Source of the DNA: an uncultured Actinomycetota bacterium
GTDB taxonomy: Bacteria; Actinomycetota; Actinomycetes; JAHEKZ01
Assembly (NCBI GenBank): GCA_963718235.1
Contig: CAVQYR010000001.1
Span: forward strand, 1,280,001 to 1,344,000
DNA length: 64,000 nucleotides
Direction of reading: 5' to 3'
Position numbers and translations under genes: made by a program. This document shows, in pieces, positions 60,809 to 64,000 of this stretch (positions are counted from its first letter, which is position 1; every line of letters begins with the position of its first letter). The notes beneath the pieces were generated by a model. The model was not told the DNA's origin and searched no databases. It worked only from the letters and a program-made list of their open reading frames with translations.

Positions 60809-61703
60809 GCTTGACCAGGCCGAGGGTGTCGCGCACCTCGGCTGCGGTCTTGACCCGGATGTTCATCGACTCCAGCAGGGTGACCGCGCGCGACACGAGC
60901 TGGCCGTTGGTCGCGAGGACACCCTTGGACAGGTACAGGTTGTCCTCGAGCCCGACCCGGACGTTGCCGCCCATGAGGGTGGCCATGGCCGCGTAGGGCA
61001 GCTGGTGGCGCCCGATCGAGAACGCCGAGAAGACTGACCCGCTCGGGAGGTTGTTCACCATGGCCTGCAGCGTGGAGGGGTCGTTGGGAGCGCCGTAGGG
61101 GATACCCATGCACAGCTGGACCATGGCGGGATCGTCGATCAGACCTTCGGCGACCAGCTCGTTGAGCAGCACCAGGTCACCGGTGTCGAAGACCTCGACC
61201 TCCGGCTTGACACCGAGGTCCTTGATGCCTTGAGCCATCGCCCGGACCATGTCAGGGGTGTTCACCATGATGTAGGCACCGCCTGCGGCGAAGTTCATCG
61301 TGCCGCAGTCGAGGGTGCAGATCTCCGGGCGCAGCTCGGCGACGTGCACCAGCCGCTCGGCCGCGCCCGCCATGTCGGTGCCGGTCGACGGCGGCAGCGG
61401 GTTCTCCGCGCCGCCGAGCACGAGGTCGCCCCCCATTCCTGTGGTCAGGTTGAGGACCACGTCGGTTCCCGACGAGCGGATGATCTCGACGACCTTGGCG
61501 TACAGCTGCGGGTCGCGGGCCCCCTTGCCGGTCTCGGGGTTGCGCACATGGATGTGCACCACGGCCGCACCGGCGGCTGCCGCCTCGAGGGCCGAGGCGG
61601 CGATCTGCTCGGGGGTGACCGGAACCTTGTCGCTGACGCCGGTGGAGTCACCGGACCCGGTGACGGCGCAGGTGATGAAGGCGGCGGTTGAGACGGGGAG
61701 CAC
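60801..61703 (-). CDS. Beta-keto acid cleavage enzyme (BKACE; dehydrocarnitine cleavage CdhC-like)
   Basis: ITCAVTG, HIHVR, NLTTGMGGD, CTLDCGTMNF, EVFDTG, RVGLEDNL; GTG with GGAGG SD. Confidence 0.9.
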   Translation of the reverse strand: MLPVSTAAFITCAVTGSGDSTGVSDKVPVTPEQIAASALEAAAAGAAVVHIHVRNPETGKGARDPQLYAKVVEIIRSSGTDVVLNLTTGMGGDLVLGGAENPLPPSTGTDMAGAAERLVHVAELRPEICTLDCGTMNFAAGGAYIMVNTPDMVRAMAQGIKDLGVKPEVEVFDTGDLVLLNELVAEGLIDDPAMVQLCMGIPYGAPNDPSTLQAMVNNLPSGSVFSAFSIGRHQLPYAAMATLMGGNVRVGLEDNLYLSKGVLATNGQLVSRAVTLLESMNIRVKTAAEVRDTLGLVKHG

Positions 61704-61759
61704 GAGACCTCCACGGGTCGGGGGTGCCGGGTGCGGCTGGGTAGGGCTGAGTAGGGCTC

Positions 61760-61797
61760 TTGCACGATATGAACAAATGGTTACTATCGTGAACAAA
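61760..61797. promoter_or_regulatory. Putative IclR operator region
   Basis: AT-rich intergenic between divergent cdhC-like and iclR genes; CACGATA (61763-69) / TATCGTG (61785-91) inverted pair; TGAACAAA repeated 20 bp apart. Confidence 0.6.
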
Positions 61798-61837
61798 CGC
61801 TAGGAGTCCACCCGCAGCGTGTCAAGGGAGGCCGGAC

Positions 61838-62596
61838 ATGTCGACACCGAACGGTCCCGCCCAGCCGGTGCAGTCGGTCGACCGGGCCATGACCCTGCTG
61901 GCGGGAGTGGCATCCAGCCAACGAGCGCTGACCGCGGCCGAGCTGGCGCAGCGGTGCGGCCTGAACCGCAGCACGGCCTGGCGGCTCCTGGCCACCCTCG
62001 AGGCGCACGGCATGGTCGAGCGCGACCACGCCGGTGGCTACAGGGTGGGTTACGGCGCCCTTCGGCTGGGTGCGGCGGCCGACGTCGACTCCGTCGTGCG
62101 ACGGGTCAAGCCCGAGCTCGAGAGACTGTCGGCGCAGGTGGGGGAGACCGTGAGCCTGGCGGTGGTCAAGAGCATGAGCCTGGTCTACGTCGACCACGTC
62201 ACGGTCAACGGCGTCGCCTACCAGCCATGGACCCAGGACCGGATCTCCCTGCACTCGACGTCGAGCGGGAAGATCTTCCTGGCCTGGCTGTCCGAGCAGG
62301 AGCGGGAGGGAGCAGTCCCCGGCACCCTGGAACGCTTCACCGACCGCACCACGACAGACCGGGCGGTCCTCGACGCAGAGCTGGCGAAGGCGCGACGACT
62401 CGGCTACGCCCGTTGCGCCGGCGAGGACGCCGCATTCACCAACGGAGTCTCGGCCGCGGCTCTGGACGCCCGACAGCGCCCCATCGCCGTGGTCAACGTG
62501 TGGGGCCCCGAGCGACGGATCCCGGTCGCCAGGTTCGACGAGCTCGGGCCCGCGGTCGTCGAGGCGGCCGACCGGATCGCTGCCCTGCTGGCGTAG
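61838..62596 (+). CDS. IclR-family transcriptional regulator
   Basis: VQSVDRA..LL, HTH LNRSTAWRLL.TL, GETV.L, LH.TSSGK.FLA, R..GYA. Confidence 0.93.
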   Translation: MSTPNGPAQPVQSVDRAMTLLAGVASSQRALTAAELAQRCGLNRSTAWRLLATLEAHGMVERDHAGGYRVGYGALRLGAAADVDSVVRRVKPELERLSAQVGETVSLAVVKSMSLVYVDHVTVNGVAYQPWTQDRISLHSTSSGKIFLAWLSEQEREGAVPGTLERFTDRTTTDRAVLDAELAKARRLGYARCAGEDAAFTNGVSAAALDARQRPIAVVNVWGPERRIPVARFDELGPAVVEAADRIAALLA

Positions 62597-62679
62597 CCCG
62601 ATGCCTGAGGGCGCAGAGGGTCGATGGGCTCTACCTCGCCCTTGCCCGGCCTCGTAGCGTGAGAGTGGAGGTGGCGACC

Positions 62680-63789
62680 ATGTCCGCGACCCTTCACACC
62701 CGCCCTGAAGAAGACACGCACACGCTCGACTCGGCACTGCGCGAGCTGGTCAGTTCCGGTGAGTTGACCGACGCGCAGGCACACCGGGTGCACGACGCCG
62801 TCCTCGCCCAAGGATCTGCTCGCGTGAGCGCCCCGGCGACGACACCACGTCGAAGCGAGGGCTGGGCCGGCCGTCTGATCGAGGTCGGTGCCTACCTCGG
62901 CGCCGCACTCGTGGCGGCTGGCGGAGTTCTCGTGGTCGGCCAGCAGTGGGAGCAGCTCGGTCGCAGTGGTCAGCTGGCCGTTCTGGCCGGGGTCATGATC
63001 GCCCTCGGGGTCGCGGGACTCACGGTGGTCGCGGTGACGCGCCGTAGTCGTACCGACCTGGACGCCGCCGTGCTGCGTCGGCTGGCCAGCACCCTGCTCA
63101 CCCTGTCCGCTGCCGCGTCGGCCGGGCTGGTGATCCGGGTCTACCTGCCGGACACCGGAGAGGCCTCGGACACCCGGGTCGGGTGGATGTTCCTGACCGC
63201 CGGTCTCGTGGCAGGCCTCATCCTGTTGGCCGCGCGGCTCATCGCGCCTAGCGCCGTGGCCGAGGTCGGACTCTACGGCGCACTGCTTGGTGCACTGGGC
63301 GGGACCATGATGCTCGTCGGACCGACGAACGACCCGACCGCAGCCATCGTGGCGTTCTTCTGCATCGGGGTCGGCTACGCGTCGGCGTCCGTGCTGACCC
63401 GCCTGCTGACGGTTCGGACGCTGGGGTTGGTGCTCGGCCTGGGCACCGCGTTGTTCGCCTCGCTCGTCGGCGAAGAGACCACCAGCCGGGTGCTGCTCGC
63501 CGTCCTGGCGGTGGGCTGCTTCGCCGCCTACCTGGCGCGGCCGCTGTGGCCGTTGGTGACCGTCGCGATGGTGTCGGCCGTGGGGTTCTCGTTCCTGCTG
63601 GTCGGTGACACGTTCGGTCCGGCTGTCGCCATGCTCGTGTCCGGGCTGGTGCTCCTGGCGCTTGCCGCTGGCGCGCTGCTGCTACGCCGTCGTCACGTTC
63701 ACGGCGAGGAGCACGGCCACGTACTGCACGAGGTAGGCCGCGATGGTGAAGGCGTGGAAGACCTCGTGGAACCCGAACCACGAGGGTGA
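62680..63789 (+). CDS. Multi-pass membrane protein (DUF2157-like)
   Basis: LV.SG.LT..QA N-terminal motif; E...YLG...W..L; about 10 hydrophobic helices; GGAGG SD. Confidence 0.7.
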   Translation: MSATLHTRPEEDTHTLDSALRELVSSGELTDAQAHRVHDAVLAQGSARVSAPATTPRRSEGWAGRLIEVGAYLGAALVAAGGVLVVGQQWEQLGRSGQLAVLAGVMIALGVAGLTVVAVTRRSRTDLDAAVLRRLASTLLTLSAAASAGLVIRVYLPDTGEASDTRVGWMFLTAGLVAGLILLAARLIAPSAVAEVGLYGALLGALGGTMMLVGPTNDPTAAIVAFFCIGVGYASASVLTRLLTVRTLGLVLGLGTALFASLVGEETTSRVLLAVLAVGCFAAYLARPLWPLVTVAMVSAVGFSFLLVGDTFGPAVAMLVSGLVLLALAAGALLLRRRHVHGEEHGHVLHEVGRDGEGVEDLVEPEPRG

Positions 63790-64000
63790 CGGGTCGGGGC
63801 GCTTGAGTGCGTACACCACGGCGCCGCAGGTGTAGAGCAGGCCGCCTGCGGCGATGAGGAGCACGATGAGGACACCGCCCGCCGTCCACAGTGCGGGCAG
63901 GAAGGCGACGGCCACCCAGCCGAGCGCGATGTAGGTGCTCACGTACAGCCAGCGGGGTGCCCCCACCCACACGACCCGGAACACCACCCCTGCGAAGGCC
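63682..64000 (-). CDS. Hemolysin III/PAQR-family membrane protein (5' end beyond the window)
   Basis: APRWL....YI.LGW, GG.LYT.GA..YA...P.P...FGFHEVFH. Confidence 0.9.
   Translation of the reverse strand, partial: AFAGVVFRVVWVGAPRWLYVSTYIALGWVAVAFLPALWTAGGVLIVLLIAAGGLLYTCGAVVYALKRPDPSPSWFGFHEVFHAFTIAAYLVQYVAVLLAVNVTTA

Noticed and set aside
1-64000. CRISPR array, IS element, riboswitch or defence island
   Set aside because: No regular repeat-spacer pattern, transposase, cas gene or recognisable riboswitch; the nuclease and STAND genes are isolated

Overview
High-GC Actinomycetota-type genomic window, densely coding, with about 55 genes and one tRNA(CAT). No CRISPR array, rRNA, integrase or transposase was seen. 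Blocks in order: (1) cyclase-STAND-TPR protein, GAP protein, and a coupled TauD-like dioxygenase + HD-domain pair; (2) a frameshift-broken secreted LamG-PKD-FN3 protein; (3) a xylose/pentose cluster (SDR, xylB, xylFHG, class II xylA, Gfo/Idh/MocA) with an exported vanadium-haloperoxidase-like + ASPIC/UnbV (CRTAC1) pair in its middle; (4) an amine/polyamine block (GGT, YtcJ-like amidohydrolase, PotADBC-like ABC) next to a divergent urease-like enzyme with no accessory genes; (5) after the tRNA, an apparently more AT-rich block: BVMO + gamma-glutamyl-amine ligase + esterase, PPTase + M1 peptidase + Pls-type NRPS, and a nitrilase between a full and a truncated flavodoxin-like gene that share a 52/53-nt core; (6) assorted genes (methyltransferase, D-aminoacylase-like, cupin, thermonuclease, molybdopterin oxidoreductase, ung, LipJ-like cyclase, OYE); (7) an IclR-associated carnitine/gamma-butyrobetaine operon interrupted by an antisense thioesterase paralog. 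Several single-base frameshifts are probably long-read errors. Best candidates for undescribed biology: the peroxidase + propeller module in the xyl locus, the remodelled urease-like hydrolase, the BVMO-GS-esterase operon, and the TauD + non-PhnZ HD oxygenase pair. All family calls come from motif recognition by eye; no searches were run.
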